A program made the translations under genes and the position numbers. Shown here in pieces: positions 8,508 through 18,400 of a stretch of DNA of 64,000 nt (position 1 is the first letter of the stretch; every line of letters begins with the position of its first letter). A model generated the notes under the pieces. The model searched no databases, was not told the DNA's origin, and worked only from the letters and a program-made list of their open reading frames with translations. Source of the stretch: an uncultured Gammaproteobacteria bacterium (GTDB lineage Bacteria; Patescibacteriota; Patescibacteriia; Magasanikbacterales; UBA922); assembly GCA_964522405.1 (NCBI GenBank), contig CAZFTR010000002.1, positions 8,032 to 72,031 on the forward strand. Direction: 5' to 3'.

Positions 8508-8848
8508 TTGGTCTTAGTCCTCGGAAATAGGGTAGTCGGCCAGGCCGCGTTTTTGGTAGCGACCAGATTCTTGGAATCAGAAATCGAAATCGGAAACTTG
8601 GTCTTGGGATTTTCGTCAATTAGTTTCAGGCAAATGAATATCTGCCCTCCGTATTAGAGAAACAAGAAATTGCAGATCTAATACGAAGAACAGAAAATTA
8701 CCTAAAATCCACCATGATATTGTAAAGAACTAAGAACTTACCCATAATTATTATGAGTAAATTCTATTAGAACTATACCTCAAAACTTGAGATTTAGAAC
8801 AGGCAAGTATAGCATGTTTTAGTGCTTTTGTCAAGCTAAATATGCAAA

Positions 8849-8878
8849 AAATTCGCTAAAATAAGCGAATTTTTGTCT
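8849..8878. terminator. bidirectional rho-independent terminator
   Basis: A6, then stem ATTCGC with loop TAAAATAA and stem GCGAAT, then T5. Lies downstream of the minus-strand gene 8955-10778. Confidence 0.6.
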
Positions 8879-8954
8879 TTGCTCAGCTAAGCAAAAACTA
8901 CTAGGCTGTCCCTAAAATTTTGCTAAATTAAGCCAATTTTTGGTCTGTGGATAT

Positions 8955-10778
8955 CTACTCTGTAGTTGTACCTTTTTCTTGGGCTTTTTGGTCTGTTTTT
9001 AAGCTGGAATCTACATTTTCAACTGAATCAACCAATAAATATCCAGTAAAGCCGTCCATAGCACTTATAGTCACATTTTCCAGTAAGTCTACAATACTGC
9101 CTTTTTGGTCAATTGTTGGAGTAAATCCAAGTTCCATATATAAGCCAATATTTTGTTCAGGAGTAATTGATTTTATGTTCCATCTGATTTGATTATTTAC
9201 TTGGTCATATATTAGATTGTCTCCATGACTAACACTGGTTTTTCCTGAAAATTGAATGTATTCTGGTAAGTCTGCTTTGAAATTTAAGCTGTTAAGATGA
9301 TTAGTAGTGTTTTTTATATCTATCATCAGCCAATATTTTGTTTGTTTTCCGGTTTGGGGCGGTAATGGGCCTCTGCCTAATTGATCACCTTCGTTGGTGT
9401 AGTATCTAGCTTCAGCTAATATTTGAAGATTTGAAGATATTTTAATTTGATCTGTGGTGGATTTGATTTCTAAAATTTGATCATCAAGAGATTCAAGTTT
9501 GGATGAAATGATTGGATTCAGTACTAATTTGGGATTTACTATGTTTGATATTTTTTCTCTTATTGGAATTATGATGTTTATGGTTTTTGATTCTCCAGGT
9601 TTTAACTGTTGTAATTTGGCATTTTCAGTATTGGTTAATTTTATATTCTGAGTTGAATTGATTATCTCTCGGTTCTCTGCACTCAAGGGAATGTTAATAT
9701 TAAGATTTTCAAATGGTATATTTCCTTGATTTTTTAGAGTAATTTCAAGATTTGCAAATTTACCAGGGTTAGCAACCTGATTTTTCCAGGTAGAAATTAT
9801 CTGAAGTTGAGGGTCTAATACCTCTAAGTTTTTTTGATTTTTTGTCTGCGAAAATCGATGATTGTTTATTGATATGATTGGTATAAATTCTAGTGATATT
9901 GAGTTTTCTGTGTCTTGAAGGTCTGCTGAAAGTTGAGTATTTAAATAAGCTGAATTGCCCGGCTTTAATTCATCTAAAAACCAAGAGTTGTTCAATATAT
10001 ATCCTTGGTTTGGTTTAAGATTAGTGATTTCTATTCCTTTTTGCTGCTTTAGTGGAATTTCTATGTTTTTGAGGATGTGTTTATTGTTATTTTTTATTAC
10101 CAGGTCTAATTTTGTCAGACCACCATTTACTATTTTTTGATTTATATCAATATGTGTTTCCAGTACTGAGTTTCTGGGAATGGTTATCAAGCTGGTGGTT
10201 TTAATCCCACTTGTTTGATTTTGGTTATAGGTGTAGGTTAGTTTTGCTGATGTCTTGTAATGTTTATTTGGTTCTCCATAAAATATTCCAGAGACACTTA
10301 AATCTGCTTTTTCTCCCGGCTTGATAGTGTTGAGATTAAAACTGTTTTTTGTCTGGTCATAACTCTCTTTCGGTATGGCCGAATCAAAAACAAATCCATC
10401 TGGAAATTGTAGAATTAAGTGAGCATTTTCAAGTTCAAAGTTCTCATTGTTAATGTAGCTTATTTGGTATTCTATTTCTTCACCACTTAGAATTTTTGAT
10501 TTGGGCTGGATCTCACTTGAAAATTGAGAGATGTTTAGATCTACTAGGTAGTTGCCTCTTGGTTTGTAGCTGTGCCAATAAATGGTTGAAACAAATAAAA
10601 GAATGGTTAAAAGAAGAAGAAAAATGTCAAAAACAAATAGTTTCTTTGCATGAGCATATTTGAGATCATATTTTTTTTGGTAGTATCTATGGGCAAATTT
10701 TATTGGATCTGATAAAAGCTTAAAAAACCACTTTGGTGGCGCAGTTAAAATTTTATTCTTTTCTTTACAATCTTTCAT
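8955..10778 (-). CDS. membrane-anchored extracellular repeat protein (Ig-like/CARDB-DUF11-like beta-sandwich repeats), hypothetical
   Basis: 607 aa. One N-terminal TM (LFVFDIFLLLLTILLFVSTIYW) followed by a long beta-rich domain with recurring N/T/I-rich ~100-aa segments. No catalytic motif recognised. Confidence 0.55.
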   Translation of the reverse strand: MKDCKEKNKILTAPPKWFFKLLSDPIKFAHRYYQKKYDLKYAHAKKLFVFDIFLLLLTILLFVSTIYWHSYKPRGNYLVDLNISQFSSEIQPKSKILSGEEIEYQISYINNENFELENAHLILQFPDGFVFDSAIPKESYDQTKNSFNLNTIKPGEKADLSVSGIFYGEPNKHYKTSAKLTYTYNQNQTSGIKTTSLITIPRNSVLETHIDINQKIVNGGLTKLDLVIKNNNKHILKNIEIPLKQQKGIEITNLKPNQGYILNNSWFLDELKPGNSAYLNTQLSADLQDTENSISLEFIPIISINNHRFSQTKNQKNLEVLDPQLQIISTWKNQVANPGKFANLEITLKNQGNIPFENLNINIPLSAENREIINSTQNIKLTNTENAKLQQLKPGESKTINIIIPIREKISNIVNPKLVLNPIISSKLESLDDQILEIKSTTDQIKISSNLQILAEARYYTNEGDQLGRGPLPPQTGKQTKYWLMIDIKNTTNHLNSLNFKADLPEYIQFSGKTSVSHGDNLIYDQVNNQIRWNIKSITPEQNIGLYMELGFTPTIDQKGSIVDLLENVTISAMDGFTGYLLVDSVENVDSSLKTDQKAQEKGTTTE

Positions 10779-10818
10779 GTTTTAATTATATTCTTTTTTA
10801 GTTTTTCGAGCAATAAAA

Positions 10819-10838
10819 CTGCCAGCTCTCGCTGGCAG
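10819..10838 (-). terminator. rho-independent terminator of the HTH gene
   Basis: Perfect 8-bp stem CTGCCAGC/GCTGGCAG with loop TCTC, followed on the minus strand by TTTTATT. Confidence 0.65.
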
Positions 10839-10842
10839 TGGT

Positions 10843-11175
10843 CTAGTCAGTATCAGACTCTGATTTTCTTTTTACTCTTTTTGCGCTTGGTGAGTAAAGA
10901 GTATTATTTATTTTCCACCTACCCACAAACTGTCCAATTCCTTTTTCATTACTTTTGTTCTTGACTGTGGTCTTGGATTGTGACCATTTAACTAGGCTTT
11001 CAAAATCTATTTTGTATCTTCCAGCCACTACTACATAATTTATTTCTTGTGCCTTTATGGCTCTTCTAATGGTCTGTGGATTAACTCCAAAAAGCCTTGC
11101 TGCTTCTGAAATTGAAACTCTGACTACCTCCTTTTGCTGTTTTAGAGGATTTTCATCCATATTTCTAGGTATCAA
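10843..11175 (-). CDS. HTH_17 (excisionase/MerR-like) DNA-binding protein
   Basis: 110 aa. SISEAARLFGVNPQTIRRAIK...RYKIDFESLVKW is the excisionase-family helix-turn-helix. Confidence 0.7.
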   Translation of the reverse strand: MIPRNMDENPLKQQKEVVRVSISEAARLFGVNPQTIRRAIKAQEINYVVVAGRYKIDFESLVKWSQSKTTVKNKSNEKGIGQFVGRWKINNTLYSPSAKRVKRKSESDTD

Positions 11176-11525
11176 AGAGATGGTTTAAAATTTTTGTGTA
11201 GAGTAATATTAACAAAATTTAGGTTTTATGTCAAGTTAGCTACTTTCTTTCACTTGTTGGAGTCAGATTGAGACTTCTGATATTTACTATTATAAATTGT
11301 ATAGATTATTATATACAAATAGAATAATTATTTAGACTTATCTATACAAAAAAAGTATAGAGTGGTTTATACAAATACAAAAAATCAAAAAGAGGTTGTT
11401 GGCTGGTTATATGTTGTGTAGAGGGGATGTTTTGCTGAATTTTATTTAAAATCAGACTATTTATGGTATAATTACTTAAATTTAAAAGTTCCCCAGAGAG
11501 ATTTTTAATTTAACCTGGTATAGTT

Positions 11526-13040
11526 ATGAAATTTTTTGCATATAAAAAGCTTGTAAGATCTAGTAATACTGACTTGCTGATTTTATTATTTCTTCTCAGT
11601 GTTTCAGGTTTTTTTCTTTTTTTGGGGTTGGGTAGGGGGGTTCTAATGGATTGGGATGAAGGTCTCTATGCAAATATTGTTGGTGAGATTGTTAGGGGTG
11701 GGGATTGGCTTTCTTTGAAATTACAATCTGTTCCTTGGTTTGATAAAGAACCTCTAGGATTTTGGTTAATGGCTCTATCTGTGAAATTGTTTGGCTTTTC
11801 AGTTTTTGCTTTGAGACTTCCATCAGTACTGATTTCTATATTTTTAGCTCCACTATTCTATATTTTTTTGAGAAAAAGGTATTCTCAGTTGGTTTCTGGA
11901 TTTGTTTCTGTCATTTTATTCTTTTCGCCTTTTCTGTGGTTGCCACACATGTTTAGAACAGGAGATTTAGATGCTCTTGCTGTAGTTCTTTTTTTGGTAA
12001 GTTTTGTTTTTTATATTTATAAGAGGGATTCGAAATATTGGTGGTTGTCTGCTGTTTTTATAGCTCTTTCTGTGCTGGCGAGGGGTGCCTGGGGTTTTTT
12101 ACATTTATTTGTGCTTTTGATTGCTGAAGTTTCCAGACCAGGTTTTGGTTTAGATCGATGGTCTTTTAAAAAATTATTTTTATTTGTTTTTATTTCTATT
12201 TTCCCTTGGTTTTTTTGGCATGTTTTACGCTATTTTGAAGATCCAGGGGCTTATGTTGATATTTATTGGAAAACCCAGTTTTTTAACAGGATTGGCGGGG
12301 CGGTTGATGGTCATTCTGAGCCATTTACTTATTATTTCAAGTATATAAAAGATTTGGTTGGTCTCGGTTGGATTGTGACTGTTTTATTTTCGGTTATTTT
12401 TGCATTGATTAGAATGATAAAGAAGCGAGATTGGTATCTTTTTTTGGTGCTTATTTGGTTGTTAGTAGTTTTAGGAGTGCCGCATATTATGGAAACCAAA
12501 CTTTATTGGTATTTATTTCCAGCTTTACTTCCTATTTATATTATTTTTGCTGAGTTATTTAAGGGTTTAAATGAAAAAATCAATGGTAGGGTTGGTAAAA
12601 TAACTGTGGTTCTTGTTTGCTTGCTTTATTCTCTTTTTCTAGTTAAGCCAGTGGCTGCGCAAATTTTCCAGAATAGAAATGCTCAACCAACAAATATGGA
12701 ACAGTTTGTTGAAAATGCTGCTAGTTTTGTGCCCAGAGGGTCTGAAATTGTGGTTTATGATCTACATGTTTGGAATTTTGGTCGTATTTTGCCGGGATTT
12801 GCCTGGTATCTACATTTTGAAAATGACTGGAAAACTATTCATATTGATCAATTTGTTGCTCCAAATTACATAGAAAAATATCAAGAGTTGCCTTGGTGGA
12901 TGGTAAGTAGAGATAAACTAGAAGAGGTTAAATTGCTCAAGACTGATCTTGATTTTGAAGTTTTATATCAAAGAGGGGATTATATTTTGCTAAAAATAGC
13001 TAAATGTGGAGGTGAAACTGAAAATTGTCAAAAATTGTAG
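11526..13040 (+). CDS. GT-C glycosyltransferase, ArnT/PMT-like (GT83/GT39 family) polytopic membrane protein
   Basis: 504 aa with about 11 TM segments. The first extracytoplasmic loop has MDWDEGLYANIVGEI, a DE motif typical of ArnT/PMT undecaprenyl-/dolichyl-phosphate-sugar transferases. Confidence 0.8.
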   Translation: MKFFAYKKLVRSSNTDLLILLFLLSVSGFFLFLGLGRGVLMDWDEGLYANIVGEIVRGGDWLSLKLQSVPWFDKEPLGFWLMALSVKLFGFSVFALRLPSVLISIFLAPLFYIFLRKRYSQLVSGFVSVILFFSPFLWLPHMFRTGDLDALAVVLFLVSFVFYIYKRDSKYWWLSAVFIALSVLARGAWGFLHLFVLLIAEVSRPGFGLDRWSFKKLFLFVFISIFPWFFWHVLRYFEDPGAYVDIYWKTQFFNRIGGAVDGHSEPFTYYFKYIKDLVGLGWIVTVLFSVIFALIRMIKKRDWYLFLVLIWLLVVLGVPHIMETKLYWYLFPALLPIYIIFAELFKGLNEKINGRVGKITVVLVCLLYSLFLVKPVAAQIFQNRNAQPTNMEQFVENAASFVPRGSEIVVYDLHVWNFGRILPGFAWYLHFENDWKTIHIDQFVAPNYIEKYQELPWWMVSRDKLEEVKLLKTDLDFEVLYQRGDYILLKIAKCGGETENCQKL

Positions 13041-13166
13041 ATTTGAGTTAAAGATATAAATTTATTGTATTTTTGCCTTAATTTAGCAAAAAACCGCCTT
13101 AGCTAGATTTCTTGCATTTTTTGGTAGTTTATGCTATTATATTGGCATTATTTTCAATTATAAATA

Positions 13167-13757
13167 GTGTCCTGTAACACTTTTTTAGTTTCTGCGTCTT
13201 CATATATGAGAGGCAATAAAATTTCTGAAAAATTACTACTGCATAGAATTCGCACCAAGCGCGATCCTCAAGCCTTCGGAGAGTTGTATGATCTTTACAT
13301 CGATAAAATATATAGATTTATCTTCTTTAAGGTTTCCAGTAAGGAAATTGCTGAGGATATTACCAGTGATGTTTTTCTAAAAACCTGGAATTATCTTACT
13401 GATGGTAAAAAAAGAGAAATTAAAAGTTTTAGTGGACTGCTCTATAGAGTGGCTAGAACTAGTCTGGTTGATTTTTACAGAAAACAAGGAAGAGAAATTA
13501 GTAGATCAGAGGATCTATTGCAGAATATTATTATAGATGATGATCAGTATAAATTGATTCATAATAGATATGAGGTTGAACAAGTGCTCAAAGTAGTAAG
13601 TACTATGAAGAGAGATTATCAGGAGATACTAACACTTAGATATATAGATGAGCTATCTGTTTCAGAGATTGCAGATATATTAGAGAAAAAATCTACAAAT
13701 GTGAGAGTGACTATTCATAGAGCTCTGAAAGTTTTGAAAAAATTGATAGATTCATAA
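13167..13757 (+). CDS. ECF-type RNA polymerase sigma-70 factor
   Basis: Region 2 (DKIYRFIFFKVSSKEIAEDITSDVFLKTWNYL) and region 4 HTH (ELSVSEIADILEKKSTNVRVTIHRALKVLKKL). The true start may be the internal M at MRGNK. Confidence 0.85.
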   Translation: MSCNTFLVSASSYMRGNKISEKLLLHRIRTKRDPQAFGELYDLYIDKIYRFIFFKVSSKEIAEDITSDVFLKTWNYLTDGKKREIKSFSGLLYRVARTSLVDFYRKQGREISRSEDLLQNIIIDDDQYKLIHNRYEVEQVLKVVSTMKRDYQEILTLRYIDELSVSEIADILEKKSTNVRVTIHRALKVLKKLIDS

Positions 13758-13777
13758 AATTATTATTCATGTAACAA

Positions 13778-15247
13778 TTGACAATTTTGGAAGAGATTAT
13801 GTCAAAACATGATAAACAAAAAAATACATTAAAAGAAATTGGACATCTGGTTAAGCCAGATTCTTCTTGGGTTTTGGAAAATCGAAGAAATCTTTTGAAT
13901 AAAATTTCCAATACAAAACAAGAATCAAAAAATCATTTTAGTTTTGGAAACGCCAATGCTTTTTTGCAGGTGTTTATTCCTAAACCTATTTTACAAGCAG
14001 CAAGGCCAGTTTTTACAGCCTTGCTTATTTTAATTGTGGCGGTTGCTGGGTCAGCAGCAAGCGTGAGTGCTACCTTTAATTGCCTACCTGGAGATATTTG
14101 TTGGAATGTGAAAGTTCCTCTGGAAAAAGCACATATAGTAATTTCAACAGTTGGCGCTCCAAAGGAAGTAAAAAAAGAAATTCAAATTAAAAAGAAATTA
14201 GAATTTGCAGAGAGAAGAAAAGAAGAAATGCAAAGAGTTTTACAAGAGAGACCAACAGATGATTCAGATAAGAAAGCAAGAAGAGTTAGTGCTGCAAGAG
14301 AAGAATTGGAAGAGTCTATTAAATCTGCTGTGGAAATTGCCCAGGAAGATGTAAAAGAAAAAGTAAAAGATCATCCGGAAAAGGCAATTGAAATTTTAAA
14401 AGAGGTTCAGGTTGAGACTACAGAAATTTCAAATGATCTTAAGAAAATCAGTGCTGAGTTGGCAGAATCAGAAGAGGTAGAAGAATCAGAAGAAGCAAAA
14501 GAAGTTCAAGAGGCGGCTATTGATACTGGAAAAAGTGGCTTGGCTACACTCGAGGCAATTGTAGAGGCTGTTGAAGAAATAGATGCAAATGCAGAAGAGA
14601 CTGAGAATCAAGAAGAAGAGTCAGGTCAGACTGAGAATCAAGAAGAAGCTGATCCGACACAGGTTCAAGAAGTGGAAAAAGAAGATCAAACCAAGCAAGA
14701 GATAATTGAGTTGATTAGTAATGAATTGCAAGATGTCTTAGACGATACTGAAAAAGTTAAAACAGATGTTGAGTTGGTGGAGTCAGAAGAAGCTCAATCA
14801 GAAAACCCTGAGCAGGAAGATTTAACTGTGGAATCCTCTGAAAATCTTAGTACGGATCAAATGCAGACAGAGGAATTATCAGCCTCGTCCACTGAATCGT
14901 TTGTTGAAGTGACAGAGGCTAGTCCTGAGACAATCGAAGACATCAAAGAAAAAACAAAAGAAGTTGAAGATTCTGCAGAGGGTGTTCGTGATTTGTTAGA
15001 AGAAGGAAATTTTAGAGATGCACTGGACAAAGTAAAAGACATGAACAATATAACGGGGAGTGCTGAGCAAATACTTGCTGAAATAAAAGTTCCTGTTGAA
15101 AATCTGGAAGAATTAGAAGGTGGTGACAATTCTGAAGATCAGAATGTGGATCAATCCAGGACAGATATTGAAGAGGTGGGGCTTGAAGATCAAAAAACAT
15201 TAATCAATCCTGAGGTTCAGGATAATTTAGAAGAAGAATTAATTTAA
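13778..15247 (+). CDS. putative membrane-anchored anti-sigma factor with long acidic (E-rich) extracytoplasmic coiled-coil domain
   Basis: Lies immediately downstream of the ECF sigma gene. About 75 aa cytoplasmic N-terminus, one TM (PVFTALLILIVAVAGSAASVSA), then about 390 aa of highly acidic low-complexity sequence. Assignment is by position and topology only. Confidence 0.5.
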   Translation: MTILEEIMSKHDKQKNTLKEIGHLVKPDSSWVLENRRNLLNKISNTKQESKNHFSFGNANAFLQVFIPKPILQAARPVFTALLILIVAVAGSAASVSATFNCLPGDICWNVKVPLEKAHIVISTVGAPKEVKKEIQIKKKLEFAERRKEEMQRVLQERPTDDSDKKARRVSAAREELEESIKSAVEIAQEDVKEKVKDHPEKAIEILKEVQVETTEISNDLKKISAELAESEEVEESEEAKEVQEAAIDTGKSGLATLEAIVEAVEEIDANAEETENQEEESGQTENQEEADPTQVQEVEKEDQTKQEIIELISNELQDVLDDTEKVKTDVELVESEEAQSENPEQEDLTVESSENLSTDQMQTEELSASSTESFVEVTEASPETIEDIKEKTKEVEDSAEGVRDLLEEGNFRDALDKVKDMNNITGSAEQILAEIKVPVENLEELEGGDNSEDQNVDQSRTDIEEVGLEDQKTLINPEVQDNLEEELI

Positions 15248-15321
15248 TAATAAGTCGTTACTGTGCGGCGCAGAGTTTTTGTCCTGTTTACAAAAATTCT
15301 ACGCCATACAGTATAGCGGCT

Positions 15322-15477
15322 CCTGTGCAGGGCACAGGAATAGTTTCTCAGATCATTCTCTGAGAAACATCTTGTACGACCAAAAGGTCGAGTCGGCATG
15401 CCGACGTTGTACAATTCTTTAATAAATACTTGTTTTGATGACTCGGATATATATTGAAGGGCGCTTCAAAACAAGTA
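15322..15477 (+). promoter_or_regulatory. highly structured 5' leader of the surface-protein gene (multiple stable hairpins; regulatory or mRNA-stabilising element, class unassigned)
   Basis: H1 is CCTGTGC-AGG-GCACAGG (15322-15338). H2 is TTTCTCAGA-TCATTC-TCTGAGAAA (15344-15367). There is a multibranch helix TTGTAC...GTACAA (15371-15414) enclosing GACC/GGTC and the palindrome GTCGGCATGCCGAC. H4 is the 12-bp stem TACTTGTTTTGA (15427-15438) paired with TCAAAACAAGTA (15466-15477). AAGGA SD sits at 15479-15483, 7 nt before the ATG. Confidence 0.5.
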
Positions 15478-15490
15478 CAAGGATTAATTT

Positions 15491-18400
15491 ATGAACGATA
15501 TGAAAAAGTTTGGAAAGAAACTTTTTACAGGTGTTGTAACAGGTTTGACTGCTTTTAGCATGTCTTTTGGTGCATTTTTGCCAGCAGTAGTTCATGCTGC
15601 TGAGGAATGTCCTAGCGTGCAAGCAGGCGACTTGATCAAAACAACAGAGAAATCTGATGTTTATTACATCGACGCCAACATGAAAAGAATGCCTTTCCTA
15701 AACTCAGAAGTTTTCCTTTCTCATTATGAGGATTGGACTGGTGTGATGGCAATTCCACCTAGTTGTATTTCTAGTTTCTTGCCATCAACCGGAGTTGTAT
15801 ACAGACCTGGATCTCGTCTTTTTAAGACTGAAGTAGATGCAGCTGTATACGCAGTTCTACCTGGAAACAAAGCTTATCATTTAGCTGATCCAGATGTAGC
15901 TACTGCACTTTACGGTGCTGATTGGGAAAAATCATTACGTACTGTAAGTGACTCATTCACTTTGGCTCTAAATTTTGACGCATCTCAAAAACTTGACATG
16001 TCTGTACCTCACGCAGGTCAGTTGGTTAAGACAGAAGGTGATGATGTTTATTATGTTTCAGCTGAAGGAAAACTACAAAAAGTTGAAGGTGACCTAGCTG
16101 CTGGTTTAGCAGCTGATGTTGAGACTGTTTCACAAACTGTATTTGATGCAGCTGAAATGGATGACGCTGCGAATACTGTGACTGCAAGTTCTCTACTAGG
16201 TAACCCAGATACTGTAACAACTACATCAGGTGATACTGATGCTGGTGATACAGATGGTGATACTGATACTCCAGCAGCAGCTGGTACTCTAACAGTAACA
16301 CTTGCAGGAAACACTCCAGCTCCTGGATACGTAGCAAAGGGTGCATACAATGCAGAATTTGCTAAATTTGTATTCAAGGCAACTGGTGGTGATGTTCGTG
16401 TTGACAAGATTGTTATTAAACGTGATGGTCTTGGTGTTGACGCTGATATTGATGCTGTGCGCCTATATGACGGTGCTATGCAACTTGGTTCAGACCAAGC
16501 ACTTAACACTAACACTCATCTTGCTACTTTCAAGAACCTAAATTGGGATCTTTCAAGTGGTGATGAAAAAACTCTTACTGTAAAAGCTGATACTAACTCA
16601 AGTCCATCAGGTACAAATGATTATTTTGAAATCTCTGAACTTGAATTAGAAGGTGAGGGATCTCTTACAGCAGATCTTCCTCTAGCTGGTAATGCTTTGC
16701 AATACCACAGTGTTACAATGGGTGTACTTGACGTTAATGATCTAACTTCTCCAGGAGCAACTACTGTTATTTCTGGTGCTACTGATGTGCAAGTTCAATG
16801 TTTGAACTTTGATACAAACAGTGCAGAAGGATTTGATGTTAAATCTATTAAGTTGACAAACAATGGTACTATTGGAAACAGTCAAATTAACAAATTTGTA
16901 CTGAAACAAGGTGCTGATGTGTTGGCAACTGTAGATGGCGGATTTGAATCAGATGGTACAGTTACTTTTGACATGAATGATTCTCCTTACTATATTGCTA
17001 AGAGCAAGAGTAAAGATCTATGTGTTTATGTTGATATTGCTGAAGGAATCAGCTTAACTACCAGAACAATTATCATGAATCTTGCTGAGGCAAAAGACGT
17101 GGTAGCTGTTGGTGATAGCTCAAAAGGACAAGTAGTTATTACTATTGATGATGCAACACCTTTCACAGAGCAAACTGGTCAAACAATGACTGTTGACCAG
17201 GGTACTCTAACAGTTGCTTTCAACACTGCTACTGCTCCTGTTGCAGCCGACCTAGTTGATGGTGTGGCTGGAAACAAACTTGGAGCATTCAAATTCACTG
17301 CTGGATCTACTGAAGGTATGAAAGTTACCAGATTTAGACTTACAGCTAGTGGTACTGGTGTTGCTGCTGCTGATCTTTCTAACTTCGAATTATTTGTCTA
17401 CGACCCTGATACATCTGAAGAGACACAAGTTGGAAGTTCTCAAAGTATGAGTGGTTTGAATGTTACATTTGAAGACACAGTAGATGGTCTATTTGACGTA
17501 GCTGCTGGTAAAAATGTAATTGTTCATCTATACGGTGATGTTAACACAGCTGCTACTTGGACAGGAAGTACAACAGTTGCTGGTATGAATTTGTATGTTG
17601 GTGGTACAAATACTAATTTGATTGTAAAGGCTAAAGGTCTTAAATCAGAAAAGTTTGTAGCTGCTGGTGACATTACACTTTCAAGCGTTAACCAGAATGA
17701 TACTGGAGTAGTACAGTTTGGTAATTCAGACAATGGTGCTCTTGTTATCTCTCTAGATAACTCAGCTCCAGGTGCTACATCTATCTCAACTGGTGTTACT
17801 GACTATGATTTTGCTCACTACAGACTTTATGCTACTGGTGAGGATGTCAATGTAACTCAGCTTGTTGTTCGTGCTTATAACACTTCTGGAACAGGAAGTA
17901 CAGCTAGTACAACAGGTGATATCACAAACGTAAAACTTTATGATATTACTGATGCTGATAATCCAGTTCAAGTTGGTACTACAGTTGCTAGTCCAGCTCT
18001 TGGTGTTTCAACATTTAGCTTTACTATGACTGTTCCAAAAGACAGTTACAAAGTTCTAAAAGCTGTTGCTGATATCCCAACTGGAAGTGGATCTGACTTT
18101 ATGCACTTAGACGTTCCTGGTGCTGGAACTGTTGCTGATGATATTTCTTCTACCGGAGCTTATTCTGGTATTGACATCACAGAAACTGGTTCTGCTACTG
18201 GTCGTCTTATGACTGTTGCTACACCAACTATCACAGTAAGTTGGGCATCTGGTGCTACAAATAATGTAGTAACTAACGCCAACGGTGTTACTCTTGGTGC
18301 ACTTCAGTTGACTGCTGGTCAATATGAAAACGTTAAAGTAACAAGTATTAAGATTGAGGCTTCTAGTTCTACTGTTGCTTCTGGCAATTTTGCTGAAGGT

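Larger units (their letters stand above)
5322..8660. other. compositional island 1 (~3.3 kb, about two-thirds G+C) carrying a single gene
   Basis: Abrupt switch from ~30% to ~65-70% G+C, judged by eye. Codon third positions are overwhelmingly G/C, with no amelioration. Confidence 0.8.

Noticed and set aside
5415-8657. Numerous long ORFs on both strands inside the high-GC island, including 5415-6413 (+), 5636-6199 (-), 6455-7633 (-), 6945-7988 (+), 7225-7929 (+) and 8081-8443 (-).
   Set aside because: These are typical stop-codon-poor antisense or out-of-frame ORFs in GC-rich DNA, with Arg/Ala/Pro/Thr-rich low-complexity translations. Only the 5409-8507 minus frame yields a coherent signal peptide plus Cys-repeat plus TSP3 architecture.
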